The notes: a model not told the origin generated them from the letters alone. DNA of 64,000 nucleotides from an uncultured Gemmatimonadaceae bacterium (GCA_963751275.1 CAVVTZ010000007.1:704001-768000); one strand, 5' to 3'. Shown: positions 1 through 10,757, numbered from the stretch's first letter. Numbers and translations: made by a program.

Positions 1-259
1 CGAGGTTGTAGATCAGCGCGGTGATCGCGCCGAAGATCACGCCGATCACGCCGTAGACGATCGGCGCGATGACCACCATAGCGATCCCGCCGCCCATCAT
101 GCCGCTGCCGGCGCTGCCGCCCATGTTGCCCATCATCCCCCTGAACGCGCCCATGAAGAGCCACATGCAGAGCGCAATGATGATGCCCAGCAAGAAGTAC
201 AGCGCTCCCAACGTCGTGGCCATCTGCATCACATCGAACCGCCGGATCCGCTGCTGCAT
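1..259 (-). CDS. Small two-TM membrane protein, DUF3566-like (3' end runs off window)
   Basis: Read manually (absent from ORF track): ATG at 259 after a GAGGAGG RBS; MQQRIRRFDVMQMATTLGALYFLLGII...VIAPIVYGVIGVIFGAITALIYNL. Confidence 0.6.
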   Translation of the reverse strand, partial: MQQRIRRFDVMQMATTLGALYFLLGIIIALCMWLFMGAFRGMMGNMGGSAGSGMMGGGIAMVVIAPIVYGVIGVIFGAITALIYNL

Positions 260-330
260 CTGGGACCTCCTCGAGGTGGGGACCACGGACCTAACAGTGG
301 CACTGATTGGCGGAACGCGAAAGAGCAGAC

Positions 331-807
331 TTAGACGTTAGACTTAGAGCAGCTAGGACTGCTTACTCCTCGCTTGCGTCCGCTCCTAGCTGGAGGGGGC
401 GATGTACGAAACCGAAGCACAGCGGCCGCAAGGACGAAACCAATTGCGGCGCCGATCGCGCTCTGCCATTCGCCGAGTTGCGCGTGAGGCGCGAGGTCGC
501 CGATCGTGCCGCCGAGGATGGTGCCGAGGGTGAGGCCGGGGATGGCGAGGCCGAGGGGGACACGGCGCAGGAATACGTACGATCCGAGCGGGGCCACGAC
601 GCCGCCCATCACGGCGCCGCGCGCGGCGCCCCAGGCGATGACGTGCCAGCCGAACGTGTGCATCACGATCGCCACGCCCGCCGAGAAAGCGATGGCGCCC
701 ACGATCGCGCCGAAGATGCCGCTCGCGACCATGAGGCCGCCGCCGACGAGGGCAATGCGACCGGCGCGGCCGAGCGGGGCGCCGGTGACGATGGGATCGT
801 TGCTCAT
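331..807 (-). CDS. Hypothetical Gly/Ala-rich membrane protein
   Basis: C-terminal part of ORF 331..1140; ATG at 807 overlaps the permease stop (ATGA); several hydrophobic segments (MSNDPIVTGAPLGRAGRIALVGG...). Confidence 0.6.
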   Translation of the reverse strand: MSNDPIVTGAPLGRAGRIALVGGGLMVASGIFGAIVGAIAFSAGVAIVMHTFGWHVIAWGAARGAVMGGVVAPLGSYVFLRRVPLGLAIPGLTLGTILGGTIGDLAPHAQLGEWQSAIGAAIGFVLAAAVLRFRTSPPPARSGRKRGVSSPSCSKSNV

Positions 808-2375
808 GCGGGGCGGAGGCGGTGGCGGGTCATGGCGGCGGCGAGCAGCAACATGCTGACTACAAGATAGCCGATCCGCACGCCATTGGTCGCCGCGCCG
901 CTCCAGCCGGCGAAGTCGAATCCGGGCGCGCCGCGCGCGCTGTTCGCGAGATAGAGGAAGAGCAGGAACAATCCGGCGAAGGCCTTGCCGCTGCCCGTCA
1001 GGATGCCCAGCGCGATCGCGAGCGACGCCGTGAAGATCGCACCGATGAACAGCGAGACGGCCGACGCGGGCTGCGTGAACGCCAGGCGCGCGAGCGGTAC
1101 GAGCACGAAGGTGACCGCCGTGAGCGACGCGGCGATCCATTTCGCGGCCACGTAGTCCTGCTTCACCTTCGGCATGCTATAGAGAAGCGCCGTCATGCCG
1201 GCCGCGGCGTCGCGCGTCGCGATGTCGGCGATCGCGATGAGGATGCCGAGGAACATGAGCGGCAGCGTCCTGTCGAGCAGCGTTTGTTGCGACGCGGTGA
1301 GCGCCATGATCGACAGCACGAGGAACAGCGCGAGCGCCACGGGCGACAGCATGAACGTGAGCGCGAGCTCGCTGCGCGCGATGCGCGCGAGGCCGGGCTT
1401 CGCACCGGCGCGCGGCTTGAGTACACCGAGCACGATGCGCGTGAGCGGCTTGAGCAGGCGGTTGAGCTGCGCGAACAGGTTCGTCTTCGAATGCTGCACC
1501 TCGGACTTCATCTTCGACGGATCGAAGCGCGCGAAGAACAGCCACGCGACGCCGATCACCGGCAGCGAGAGCAGCGCCGTCACGGCGCGCTCGAACGCCA
1601 CTGTGGCGCTCCACTGGATGCCGGGGAACGTCCACGGCGCCTGCGTCGGATCGAAGGGCGATCCGCCGATCTCGAGCGAGCGGCCCGGCGTGTCGCCGCC
1701 GGCCTGCGTGATGATGAAATTCATGCCGAGCACGTCCACGTAATGATCCCACACAGGCCCGTGCGCGCCCTGCGATGCACTGATCGCAGCCGTGGCGAGC
1801 ATGAAGACCCAGACGAAGAAATAGAGCACGTCGCCCACGCGCCCCGAGAGCGGACGGATGCTCTCGAAGAGCAGCGCGATCGCCGACACGACGAACACCA
1901 TGGGACCGCAGATCGCCAGATAGCTCGCGATGTAGGTGAACGGCTGCAGCGGCCCCTCGGCGCGCATGAGGTGCATGGCCATCACGTTCACCAGGCAGCC
2001 GAGCACCACGAGACCCAGGAAGGCCGCGTTGCCCAGGAACTTGCCGAAGAGATACTCGGCGTTCGTCACCGGCATCGCGGCGATCACGTAGCCGGTGCGC
2101 GTGAGCGCATCGCGGCGAATGGTGTTGCTCACGAGGTAGAAGCCGAGCATCCCCAGCATGATCGAGATGAACCCGCCGGTGGCGAGCGCGATCGTGGCGG
2201 AGGTGAGGAGCGCGCGATGCCCCTGCACCTGCATGAGCGTGCGCCCCGATGCCACCGGCGGCACCACGACGTAGGCGAAGAAACAAAGCAGCAGGAAGAC
2301 CGCGATGGACGAAGGCCGCCGGATGCGGATCATCACGTCGGCCTTCACCACCGCGCGCACCCGGGCGAGCTGCAT
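804..2375 (-). CDS. ABC transporter permease (ABC-2-like, multi-TM)
   Basis: 523 aa, many TM segments; TGATG overlap with the upstream ABC ATPase. Confidence 0.75.
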   Translation of the reverse strand: MQLARVRAVVKADVMIRIRRPSSIAVFLLLCFFAYVVVPPVASGRTLMQVQGHRALLTSATIALATGGFISIMLGMLGFYLVSNTIRRDALTRTGYVIAAMPVTNAEYLFGKFLGNAAFLGLVVLGCLVNVMAMHLMRAEGPLQPFTYIASYLAICGPMVFVVSAIALLFESIRPLSGRVGDVLYFFVWVFMLATAAISASQGAHGPVWDHYVDVLGMNFIITQAGGDTPGRSLEIGGSPFDPTQAPWTFPGIQWSATVAFERAVTALLSLPVIGVAWLFFARFDPSKMKSEVQHSKTNLFAQLNRLLKPLTRIVLGVLKPRAGAKPGLARIARSELALTFMLSPVALALFLVLSIMALTASQQTLLDRTLPLMFLGILIAIADIATRDAAAGMTALLYSMPKVKQDYVAAKWIAASLTAVTFVLVPLARLAFTQPASAVSLFIGAIFTASLAIALGILTGSGKAFAGLFLLFLYLANSARGAPGFDFAGWSGAATNGVRIGYLVVSMLLLAAAMTRHRLRPA

Positions 2376-3254
2376 CAGGCGGCCGCGGCGGGTTCGGGGT
2401 TCATCGCGAAGAGGAACGCATCCTCGAGATCCGGCTCCGCGGGCTGCGCGTCGGGCCAGGGGCGCGCGCGCTGCACGACGCGCACGTGCACGCCGTCGGG
2501 TTTCCGCACGGCGTGCGACACGCGGAACTTCGCGCGCTCGGTGGCGAAACGCTCGGAACTCAGCACCGCCTGCCAGACGCTGCCGGCGGCGCTCTGCAGC
2601 ATCGTCTCCGGCGTCGCGTGGCTCACGAGCTTGCCTTGCTTCATGACGGCGATGCTCGTGGCGATCGACTCGATGTCGGTGACGATGTGCGTCGAGAGGA
2701 TCACGAGTTTCCCGAAGCCGATGTCCGAGAGGATGTTCCGGAAGCGCACGCGCTCCTCGGGATCGAGGCCGGCGGTGGGTTCATCGACGATCACGACGTC
2801 GGGATCGTTCACGAGCGCCTGCGCGATGCCGAGGCGCTGCTTCATGCCGCCGGAGAAGGCGCCGGCACTGCGGTTGGCCACGGTGTGGAGGTTCACGAGC
2901 TCGAGCAGTTCCATCACGCGCGTCTTGCTCGTGACGCCCTTGAGCGAGGCGAAGTAGGTGAGGAATTCGAGCGCGGTGAGGTTGTCGTAGACGCCGAAGT
3001 CCTGCGGGAGGTAGCCGAGCTTCACGCGCAGCGCGTCGGGGTCCTTGGCGAGATCGGTGCCGTTCCAGGTGATGCGACCGGAGGTGGGACTGCGTGATGG
3101 TCGCGATCATCTGCATGAGGGTGGTCTTCCCGGCGCCATTGGGGCCGAGGAGGCCGAGGACGCCACTCTCGAGCGAGAGCGAGAGATCGTCGACGGCCGT
3201 GACGCCGCCACGGAATTTCTTGGTGACGCCTTCAATAGCGAGCATTGGTTCCAT
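2375..3254 (-). CDS. ABC transporter ATP-binding protein (one frameshift near 3090)
   Basis: Walker A GPNGAGKTT in ORF 2781..3254; FSGGMKQR, DEPTAGLD and STH in ORF 2375..3025. Confidence 0.9.
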
Positions 3255-3317
3255 GCGAATGGGATGCCATCGGAACGGAATGAGATCGCGATTGTTTCAG
3301 CTGGACTGCGAGAGTAG

Positions 3318-3477
3318 CACCCCGAACGCCGTCATTGGTCACCCGAACTCCGTACTTGGCAATTGAGGCGTGGTACCAACTACCGGCGGGTTATAGGATG
3401 CCAAGTACGCACCAGCCGGTACCACGCCTCAATTGCCAAGTACGGAGTTCGGGGGACCAAATACGGATGTCGGGGTG
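3318..3477. repeat. Long intergenic inverted repeat (family 2), 60-bp arms, 40-bp loop
   Basis: Arms 3318-3377 and 3418-3477; the inner 36 bp (cccgaactccgtacttggcaattgaggcgtggtacc) are perfectly complementary. Confidence 0.9.
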
Positions 3478-3533
3478 CGACCCACGCCTTCAGGTGCCGG
3501 GCTGGCGGAACACCACCAGCCGATGTCTGCGTG

Positions 3534-4049
3534 CTACTTGGCGGCGCTGGGGATCAGCACCGCGTCGATCACGTGGATCACGCCGTTGGAGGCTGGCATG
3601 TCGGCGATCGTCACCTGTGCATTGTTCACGAAGACCTTGCCGTCCTTGAGCACGATTTCGAGCGTTTGGCCGTTGACCGTGGCGGGCTTCGCGCCGCCCA
3701 TCTGCACGATCTGCGCCGAGGTCACCTTGCCGGCGAGCACGTGGTAGGTGAGGATCGCCGAGAGCGCCTGCTTGTTGGCGAGCAGCGACTCGAGCGTTCC
3801 GGCGGGGAGCTTCGCGAACGCCGCGTCGGTCGGCGCGAAGACCGTGAACGGGCCGGGGGCGGAGAGCGTCTCCACGAGTCCGGCCGCCTGCACGGCGGTC
3901 ACGAGCGTCTTGAAGTTGCCGTTCGCGACGAGGACCTGCACGATGTTGCCGGGCTGCTTTGCGTTGGACATTTGCGCGGTGCTCACGGAGGGGAGTGAGA
4001 GGATGAGGGCCAGCGTGGTGGCGGCGGCCCACTTCGAATGCGTCGTCAT
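3534..4049 (-). CDS. Secreted fasciclin (FAS1) domain protein
   Basis: Signal peptide; FTVFAPTDAAF, ILTYHV and NGVIHVIDAVLIP FAS1 motifs. Confidence 0.95.
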   Translation of the reverse strand: MTTHSKWAAATTLALILSLPSVSTAQMSNAKQPGNIVQVLVANGNFKTLVTAVQAAGLVETLSAPGPFTVFAPTDAAFAKLPAGTLESLLANKQALSAILTYHVLAGKVTSAQIVQMGGAKPATVNGQTLEIVLKDGKVFVNNAQVTIADMPASNGVIHVIDAVLIPSAAK

Positions 4050-4101
4050 GATTCGGTGCTCCTGGATTGGAAAGAGTGAGTTGGTGCTTCGCGGGCGGAG
4101 G

Positions 4102-4320
4102 CTACGCGCGCGCGCTTTCGTGCCAGCGGTGCTGGATCGCCTTCCACTGCAGGGCCTGGTAGATCGCGGCGACGCCGACCAGCGCGTAGACGATGCGGCT
4201 CAGCGTGGACATGTTGCCGAAGATCGCGGCGACGAGGTCGAAGTTGAGCACGCCGACCAGGCCCCAGTTGAGGCCGCCGACGACGAGGAGCACGGCGGCG
4301 ACTACGTCGAGGTTCTTCAC
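4102..4320 (-). CDS. DUF378 family small membrane protein
   Basis: GTG start after AAAGGAG; LLVVGGLNWGLVG..FDLVAAIFG..SRIVYALVG signature. Confidence 0.85.
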   Translation of the reverse strand: MKNLDVVAAVLLVVGGLNWGLVGVLNFDLVAAIFGNMSTLSRIVYALVGVAAIYQALQWKAIQHRWHESARA

Positions 4321-4379
4321 GTTGAGAGTCTCCTTTGACGGTTTGGTTGCGACACGCGGTCGCCGGTTCCGGCGGGCGT

Positions 4380-4465
4380 TGTCCAGTTGACGTCCAGGTA
4401 TTGTAGATGGATGGGCGGATATTGTCAATGGATTGTCTAAGTATATGATTGACAATAGCTGGACA
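4380..4465. promoter_or_regulatory. Divergent promoter region with a CarH-type operator (11-bp phased TnnACA repeats) and a sigma70 promoter
   Basis: Minus strand: TGGACA 4380-85, TGGACG 4391-96, TCTACA 4402-07, TTGACA 4423-28, TAGACA 4434-39. Plus strand: TTGACA 4449-54, TGGACA 4460-65. Minus-strand promoter TTGACA(4428-23)-N17-TACAAT(4405-00). Confidence 0.75.
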
Positions 4466-4484
4466 GAGGTGAATCATTCCGACG

Positions 4485-5430
4485 ATGAAGGCAAAGCCGC
4501 CCGAAGCCGACCAGCGACACCCGATCGCCGTCGCCGCCGAACGCACGCAGCTCTCGCAGGATGTCCTGCGCGTGTGGGAGCGCCGCTACCGCGCGGTGGA
4601 GCCGGCGCGCGGCCCCGGCGGGCAGCGCCTCTACTCCGACGCCGACATCGCCCGCCTCCGCTTGTTGCACGCGGTGACGAGCGCCGGCCGGAACATCAGC
4701 CGGGTCGCCGGCCTCACGACGCCGGCGCTCGTGAAGCTCAGCGAAGAGGACGCGCGCGCGCGCGTCGAGCGATCCGCCGGCGCGCCGCCGGCCGAGGATC
4801 TCATCGCGCCGGCGATGGAGCTCACCCGCGCGCTCGATGGCGCTGGGCTCGAGAGCGAATTGCGCCGCGCCGCCTGGGTCCATGGCTCCACGGTCTTCCT
4901 CGATGCCATCGCCACGCCGCTCCTCCGCCGCATCGGCGACGAGTGGCACGCCGGCCGCCTGACGTTCGCGCAGGAACATCTCCGTGTCGGCGACGCTGCC
5001 TTCCGTCGTCGCGGACGTCGCGCGCTCCGTGGGGCGCGGCGCGGACGGCCCGCTCCTCGTCATGGCGACTCCGCTGGGCGAGCGCCACGCGCTCGGCGCG
5101 CTCATCGCCTCAGCCGCGGCCGCTGCCGAAGGGTGGCGCGTCACGTTTCTCGGGCCCGATCTCCCCGCGGCGGACGTCGCGCACGCGGCGGCGACGACTG
5201 GCGCTCGGGCGGTGGGCTTGAGCGTGATCTATGTGATGGACCGCGCACGCACGATCGCGGAGATCAGCGCGCTGCGGCGGGAGCTTCCGGCGGATGTGCC
5301 GCTGCTCGCCGGGGGCGCCGGGTCCGTGTTACTCACGCGCGAGCTGACGGCCGCCGGCGCGCGGGTGCTCGCCGGCCTCGGCGACTTGCGATCGACGCTT
5401 CGGGGTCTCAAGCGCGCCGCCGACGGCTGA
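4485..5430 (+). CDS. CarH/LitR-like MerR-family cobalamin-binding transcriptional regulator (frameshift near 4983)
   Basis: MerR HTH with LRVWERRY and GQRLYS; W-x9-EH (WHAGRLTFAQEH); B12-binding ExHxxG (ERHALG), LGPDLP, GLSV and LAGG in ORF 4984..5430. Confidence 0.85.
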
Positions 5431-5461
5431 GCGGCCGGTCAGAGCCCCAGCCGTCGCCGCT

Positions 5462-6061
5462 TCACTTGGGCTTCGTCGTCTTCCGCGGGGGGAACCCCGG
5501 GATCCACTCGCCGGCGGCGGAATGCGCGATGAGGCCTTCGAGCCGCCGCTCGCGCGTGTCGGGGCGTTTCGCGCTCATCACGCGGAATGCCATGAGCCGC
5601 CGGTACCACGGCGGCTGTGCCTGGAAATACTTCCAAGCGGCGCGGTTGGCCTTGAAGCGTTTGAGGAATGCCGGCGACAGTTCGAGCGCGGCGCGCTCGA
5701 AGGCGTAGATGCCGGTCCGGTCGTCGGTGCGTTTCGCATACGCGGCGTGTCCCGGAGGCGCGACGCGGCCGGCGGCGATGAGCGACTCGATCTTCTCGAC
5801 GTTCACCCGGCTCCAGATGCTGCGCGGTTTCCGCGGCGTGAAGCGCTGGGTGAAGCTGATCTCGTCGTGGCTGCGCTTCACGCCGTCGATCCAGCCGAAG
5901 CAGAGCGCCTCATCGACCGCCTCGACGTACGTGAGCCCGCGATGCGAGTGCGCGGTCTTGTAGAGGCGGATGATCAGTTCGCCGTGCGACGCGTGATGCC
6001 GCTCGAGCCACGCGCGGAAGTCCTTCGCGCTGCGGAACGCGCGCGGCGCGGGCGAGGGCAT
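5462..6061 (-). CDS. YdeI/OmpD-associated family protein
   Basis: FRAWLERHH, EAVDEALCFGWIDG, RFTPRKPRSIWS and SAKRPDTRERRL motifs. Confidence 0.85.
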   Translation of the reverse strand: MPSPAPRAFRSAKDFRAWLERHHASHGELIIRLYKTAHSHRGLTYVEAVDEALCFGWIDGVKRSHDEISFTQRFTPRKPRSIWSRVNVEKIESLIAAGRVAPPGHAAYAKRTDDRTGIYAFERAALELSPAFLKRFKANRAAWKYFQAQPPWYRRLMAFRVMSAKRPDTRERRLEGLIAHSAAGEWIPGFPPRKTTKPK

Positions 6062-6064
6062 CGC

Positions 6065-6646
6065 CTAGTGCGCGTGCTGGAGCGCCGAGTCGGCCACGCT
6101 GTCCGAGTCGGCCGCGTTGGGCGCGCCGCACTCGAAGGTGGCGAAGATCTCCTCGAAGCCCGGGCTCGCGAGCGCCTTCTCGTTATCGGCGGTCTGCGCG
6201 GTGAGGAAGCAGACCCCCGCCGGACCGGTCATGCGGCCGTACGTGCGCGTGTGCGGCACGTCGACGTTGAGCAGCGTGAGCGTGAAGTGCTCGACGAGGA
6301 CATCGAAGCCGTCGATGTGCTGGACATTGCCGAAGGACGACGCACCCATCTTCCCGATGGGCGTCGCGCCGCGCGTCAGTGCCCCGAACGAGTCCGCATA
6401 TGCGCGGAGATTCAGCGCGCGCTCCGGCGATTTCACGTCGACGATCACGAGGGCCGCGCGCGTCGAGTTGATGATCAGCGAGTGCGTGGTCCGCCCGTGC
6501 ACCCGTGGGTGCGCGGTCCAGCCGTCGGGATAATCGAAGGCGATCCCGCCTTCGCGATAGTGCTGCGACGGAGCGGGCTTGTCATCCGAGGACGAGCACG
6601 CGGCGGCCAGCGCGAGCGCGGCCGCGCAGCAGGCGGGGCGAAGCAT
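6065..6646 (-). CDS. Hypothetical lipoprotein
   Basis: ATG at 6646 gives MLRPACCAAALALAAAC, a lipobox-like signal; FDYPDGW motif follows. Confidence 0.55.
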   Translation of the reverse strand: MLRPACCAAALALAAACSSSDDKPAPSQHYREGGIAFDYPDGWTAHPRVHGRTTHSLIINSTRAALVIVDVKSPERALNLRAYADSFGALTRGATPIGKMGASSFGNVQHIDGFDVLVEHFTLTLLNVDVPHTRTYGRMTGPAGVCFLTAQTADNEKALASPGFEEIFATFECGAPNAADSDSVADSALQHAH

Positions 6647-6699
6647 GCATGACGGTGCGGCGCGGGCGCGGGGGGCGCAAGCGGGCCCCCCGGCCGCGG

Positions 6700-8034
6700 T
6701 CAAAAGCGCAGCATCAGATCGAGCGACGCGGTCGTCTGGTCGGCCTTGGTGCCGTTGTCGTACGGCGTGAGCGACGACGAGAACGCCTTATCATAGCGCA
6801 CCTCGCCGCGCACGAAAGCGAGCGACCAAAGCCAATGCTCCCAGCCGGCGGTGACGGTGCCGTACGGGGTCGCGAAGCCCGTGCGCTGGCCCTGCACGTC
6901 GTTCAGATAGTCGAGGCGCATGGTGAGATAGTCCTTGGGCGAGACGAGCACCTGGAAGTAGTTCGCCGCCGCGACCGCCTCCGAGCGCCCCGGGATGATC
7001 GGGCCGCATCCGCCGCCGCCGCCGTAATCCTCGACGGGGCCGTCGTTGCATGAGCCGCCCTTGGCCGCGTCGAACTGCCACAGATAGTAGACCTCGGTCT
7101 GCATGTGGAGCTTGGCGTTGAACTTGTGCCCCCACGTCGCGACGATCTGCTGCAAGTTGTCATGCCCGTTCTTGAACTCACCGTTGCCGATGGCGTTCAC
7201 GCCGCCCCAGAGCCCGTCGTTCCCGCTGAGCGACACCCAGCGCACCATCGCCTGGCCGTTCAGCTGCGCCGAGTTCTGCCATGGCGCCATGTCGCTCCCG
7301 GCGTCGATGCCCAAAGTGAGCGCCCACTGCTGATTCAGACGCACGATCGCTTCCGCCCCGGTGAACGTGACGGGGTCCACCGTGATCGTGAGCGGATGCG
7401 TCAGGAGATAGTTGTCGGGGGCGAAGGGATCGTCAATGTCCGCCGGCGACGTGAAGCGGCCGACTTTGAATTCCGTGCCCTGCGCGATGTGCGGCAGATA
7501 GAGCAGCACGTAGAGCTCGGTGGGGTCGTAGCCGTAGAGGTTGTTCTTGCCGAGCAGCTGGTCGCTGAACCAGCCCTTGGCGGTCGTGTAGCGGTAGTCG
7601 ATGCCGTACAGGCTCGTGAAGCGGAAACCCCAGTCGGCGTGATCGGTCTGCGCGGTGTTCGGCGCACGGTCGATGCGCAGGACCAGCTGGTCGAGCTCGA
7701 ACGCGTTGGGGACGATCGTGGGCGAGAGCGGCGCGTTCGAATTCTTGGAGGAGCTCACGTTCCCCGTAAGGTCCACCCAGCCGTAGATCTTGATGCGGCT
7801 GGCCGCGAGCGAATTGCCGAACACCGCCTTCTGCAGCGGATAGTCCGGCGTGGCATCGGGCTCACCGATGACCGGGCCGCCGAGCCAGTCGGAGCTCGGG
7901 AAGGGCGGGGAATCGAGCGGCGACGCGAGCGCGCGGCTCGCGGGGGCCGAATCCGCGCTCTGGGCGGAGAGCGAGGGCGTGAGCAGGAATGCGGCGAGGG
8001 AGAGCGACGCCGCGATGCGGATGGAGTTCTTCAT
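6700..8034 (-). CDS. Outer-membrane beta-barrel porin (BBP2/DUF1597-like)
   Basis: Signal peptide MKNSIRIAASLSLAAFLLTPSLSA; IKIYGWV, WGFRFTSLYGIDYRYT and RGEVRYD; C-terminal Phe; directly downstream of kdpC. Confidence 0.75.
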   Translation of the reverse strand: MKNSIRIAASLSLAAFLLTPSLSAQSADSAPASRALASPLDSPPFPSSDWLGGPVIGEPDATPDYPLQKAVFGNSLAASRIKIYGWVDLTGNVSSSKNSNAPLSPTIVPNAFELDQLVLRIDRAPNTAQTDHADWGFRFTSLYGIDYRYTTAKGWFSDQLLGKNNLYGYDPTELYVLLYLPHIAQGTEFKVGRFTSPADIDDPFAPDNYLLTHPLTITVDPVTFTGAEAIVRLNQQWALTLGIDAGSDMAPWQNSAQLNGQAMVRWVSLSGNDGLWGGVNAIGNGEFKNGHDNLQQIVATWGHKFNAKLHMQTEVYYLWQFDAAKGGSCNDGPVEDYGGGGGCGPIIPGRSEAVAAANYFQVLVSPKDYLTMRLDYLNDVQGQRTGFATPYGTVTAGWEHWLWSLAFVRGEVRYDKAFSSSLTPYDNGTKADQTTASLDLMLRF

Positions 8035-8065
8035 GGGTGAGCGCCGCGTGGCGCGGCGCCTCGGG

Positions 8066-8668
8066 TCAGTGAGTGGGTGCGGCGGCGGGCCGCGGGAAAA
8101 CGGAGTCGACGGCAATGTTGAGCATCAATACGTTCACGCGCGGTTCGCCGAAGAAGCCGAACTGACGCCCCTCGACGTGCGATTCCACGAGCGCGCGCAT
8201 CGCGCTCTCGCTCACGCCGCGCGCCTTCGCGACGCGCGCGACCTGCAGGAACGCGTTCGCCGGCGAGATGTGCGGGTCGAGGCCGGATCCGGACGATGTT
8301 ACCATGTCGGACGGGATCTTCCCCTTCACGGCGCCGTCGTTCTTCACGGCGCTGTCCACCGCGCTCGCGATCAGCGTGTCGGCGAGCTTCGCGCTGGTTG
8401 GTCCGAGGTTGGTGCCGCTGGAGAGCGTGTCGTCGTAGCCGTTGCCGGCCGCGGACGGCCGCGGATGGAAATAGTACGGCTGCGTGAACGGCTGACCGAT
8501 GATCGCGCTGCCCACCACCTTGCCGTGCACGGTCACGAGCGATCCGTTGGCCTGGCGGGGGAAGAGCAGCTGGGCGAAAGCGGTCACGAGGCCGGGATAG
8601 AGGAGCCCGGTGATCACGCAGAGCACGAGCGTCAACATCATCGCGGGGCGGAGTTGGTTGCGCAGCAT
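8066..8668 (-). CDS. kdpC: K+-transporting ATPase subunit C
   Basis: ITGLLYP, QANGSL, YFHPRPSAAG, TSSGSGLDPHISP and GEPRVNVL motifs. Confidence 0.97.
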   Translation of the reverse strand: MLRNQLRPAMMLTLVLCVITGLLYPGLVTAFAQLLFPRQANGSLVTVHGKVVGSAIIGQPFTQPYYFHPRPSAAGNGYDDTLSSGTNLGPTSAKLADTLIASAVDSAVKNDGAVKGKIPSDMVTSSGSGLDPHISPANAFLQVARVAKARGVSESAMRALVESHVEGRQFGFFGEPRVNVLMLNIAVDSVFPRPAAAPTH

Positions 8669-8678
8669 GGTCAAAGGC

Positions 8679-10757
8679 CTAAGCGACGAGGTGGACGGCC
8701 ACGAGCAGCATGTCGATGAGCTTGATGCCGGCGAAGGGGATCAGGATCCCGCCCACGCCGTAGAGCAGCAGGTTCCGGCGCAGGATCACGCCGGCCGGCG
8801 CGGGACGGTACTTCACGCCGCGCAGCGCCAGCGGAATCAGCGCCACGATGATGAGCGCGTTGAAGATCACGCTCGCGAGAATGGCCGACTCCGGCGAGTG
8901 CAGCCGCATCACGTTGAGCGCGGCGAGCGCCGGATACGTCACCACGAACATCGCCGGGATGATCGCGAAGTACTTCGCCACGTCGTTCGCGATCGAGAAC
9001 GTCGTGAGCGCGCCGCGCGTCATGAGCAGCTGCTTCCCGATCTCGACGACCTCGATGAGCTTGGTCGGATTCGAATCGAGATCGATCATGTTGCCCGCTT
9101 CCTTCGCCGCCTGCGTGCCGCTGTTCATCGCGACGCCCACGTCGGCCTGCGCCAGCGCCGGCGCGTCGTTGGTGCCGTCGCCGGTCATCGCGACGAGCTT
9201 GCCGCCCGCCTGCTCGCGCCGGATCAGCGTCATCTTGTCCTCCGGCGTCGCCTCGGCGAGGAAATCATCGACGCCGGCCTCCTGCGCGATCGCGGCGGCG
9301 GTGAGCGGGTTGTCGCCCGTGATCATCACGGTGCGGATCCCCATCGCGCGCAGCCGGTCGAAGCGCTCGCGGATGCCGCCCTTCACGACGTCCTTGAGAT
9401 AGATCACGCCGAGCACCTGCGCCGCGGCCGTCTCCTGTTCGGCGACGACGAGCGGCGTGCCGCCCTCGCGCGCGATCCGGTCGACGATCACCTTGAGATC
9501 GGCCGGCACCGAGCCGCCGTTCTCCTGCACCCAGCGCACCACGGCGTCGCCGGCGCCCTTGCGCACGTGCAACCGGCCCTGGTTCACGCCGCTCATCCGC
9601 GTCGTGGCGGAGAAGGGGACGAACTCCGCGTCCTGCGGCGCCGTGTCGTGGCCCACCGCGCGGCCGCGGAGATTGAACCGTTCCTTGGCGAGCACGACGA
9701 TGCTGCGCCCCTCCGGCGTCTCGTCGGGCAGCGACGCGAGCTGCGCGCGGTCGGCGAGCCGCTCGAGCGCGACGCCGGGCACCGGGATGAACTCCACCGC
9801 CTGCCGGTTGCCGAGCGTGATCGTGCCGGTCTTGTCGAGCAGCAGCGTGTTCACGTCGCCGGCGGCCTCGACCGAGCGGCCGCTCATCGCGATCACGTTC
9901 TGCTGGATCATCCGGTCCATGCCGGCGATGCCGATCGCGGAGAGGAGACCGCCGATCGTGGTCGGGATGAGACAGACGAGCAGCGCGATGAGCACGGGCA
10001 CGGTGACCGTCGCGCCGCTGTAGACGGCGAACGGCTCGCAGCGTCGCCACGGCGAAGAGGAAGATGATCGTCAGTCCCGAGAGCAGGATCGTGAGCGCGA
10101 TCTCGTTCGGCGTCTTCTGGCGCGATGGCGCCCTCGACGAGCGCGATCATGCGGTCGAGGAAGGTCTCGCCGGGGTTCGCGGTGATGCGAATGACGAGAT
10201 GATCGGAGAGCACCTTCGTGCCGCCGGTGACCGCCGAGCGGTCGCCGCCGGACTCGCGGATCACCGGCGCGACTCTCGCCGGTGATCGCCGACTCGTCCA
10301 CGGACGCGACGCCCTCGATGCACCTCGCCGTCGCCGGGGATCACATCGCCCGGCAGGCAGAGCACGAACATCGCCGGCGCGCAGCTGCGACGCGGGCGAT
10401 CTCCGTCACCGCGTTCCGCTTGGCCGGATCGGCGAGCACGCGCGCCATCGTCTGCGTGCGCGTGGCGCGCAGCGTGTCGGCCTGCGCCTTGCCGCGCCCT
10501 TCGGCCATCGCTTCCGCGAAGTTCGCGAAGAGCACGGTGAACCAGAGCCAGAGCGCGATCTGCAGCGTGAAGCCCCAGCCGGCGTGGCCCGCCGCGACGT
10601 CGCGCACGAAGACGAGCGTCGTGAGCAGGCTGCCGACGAGCACGACGAACATCACCGGGTTCCGCACCATGTGGCGCGGGTCGAGCTTCCGGAAGGAATC
10701 GGCGATCGCGCGGCGCACGATCGGGCCGTCGAAGAGGGGACGCTTGGTGGCGGTCAT
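8679..10757 (-). CDS. kdpB: K+-transporting P-type ATPase subunit B (several frameshifts between about 10040 and 10390)
   Basis: [32 protein letters not shown] and [12 protein letters not shown] spread over successive frames. Confidence 0.95.

Noticed and set aside
326..362. Short TTAGA(C/G) repeats at the end of the 331..807 gene
   Set aside because: Too short and irregular to support a function; no second copy found.
822..2957. Long plus-strand ORF (711 aa) and similar long ORFs such as 42286..44703(+), 29851..32685(-), 44885..46882(+) and 12826..14460(+)
   Set aside because: Antisense shadows of well-supported genes in high-GC DNA; Arg/His/Ala-rich with no motifs.
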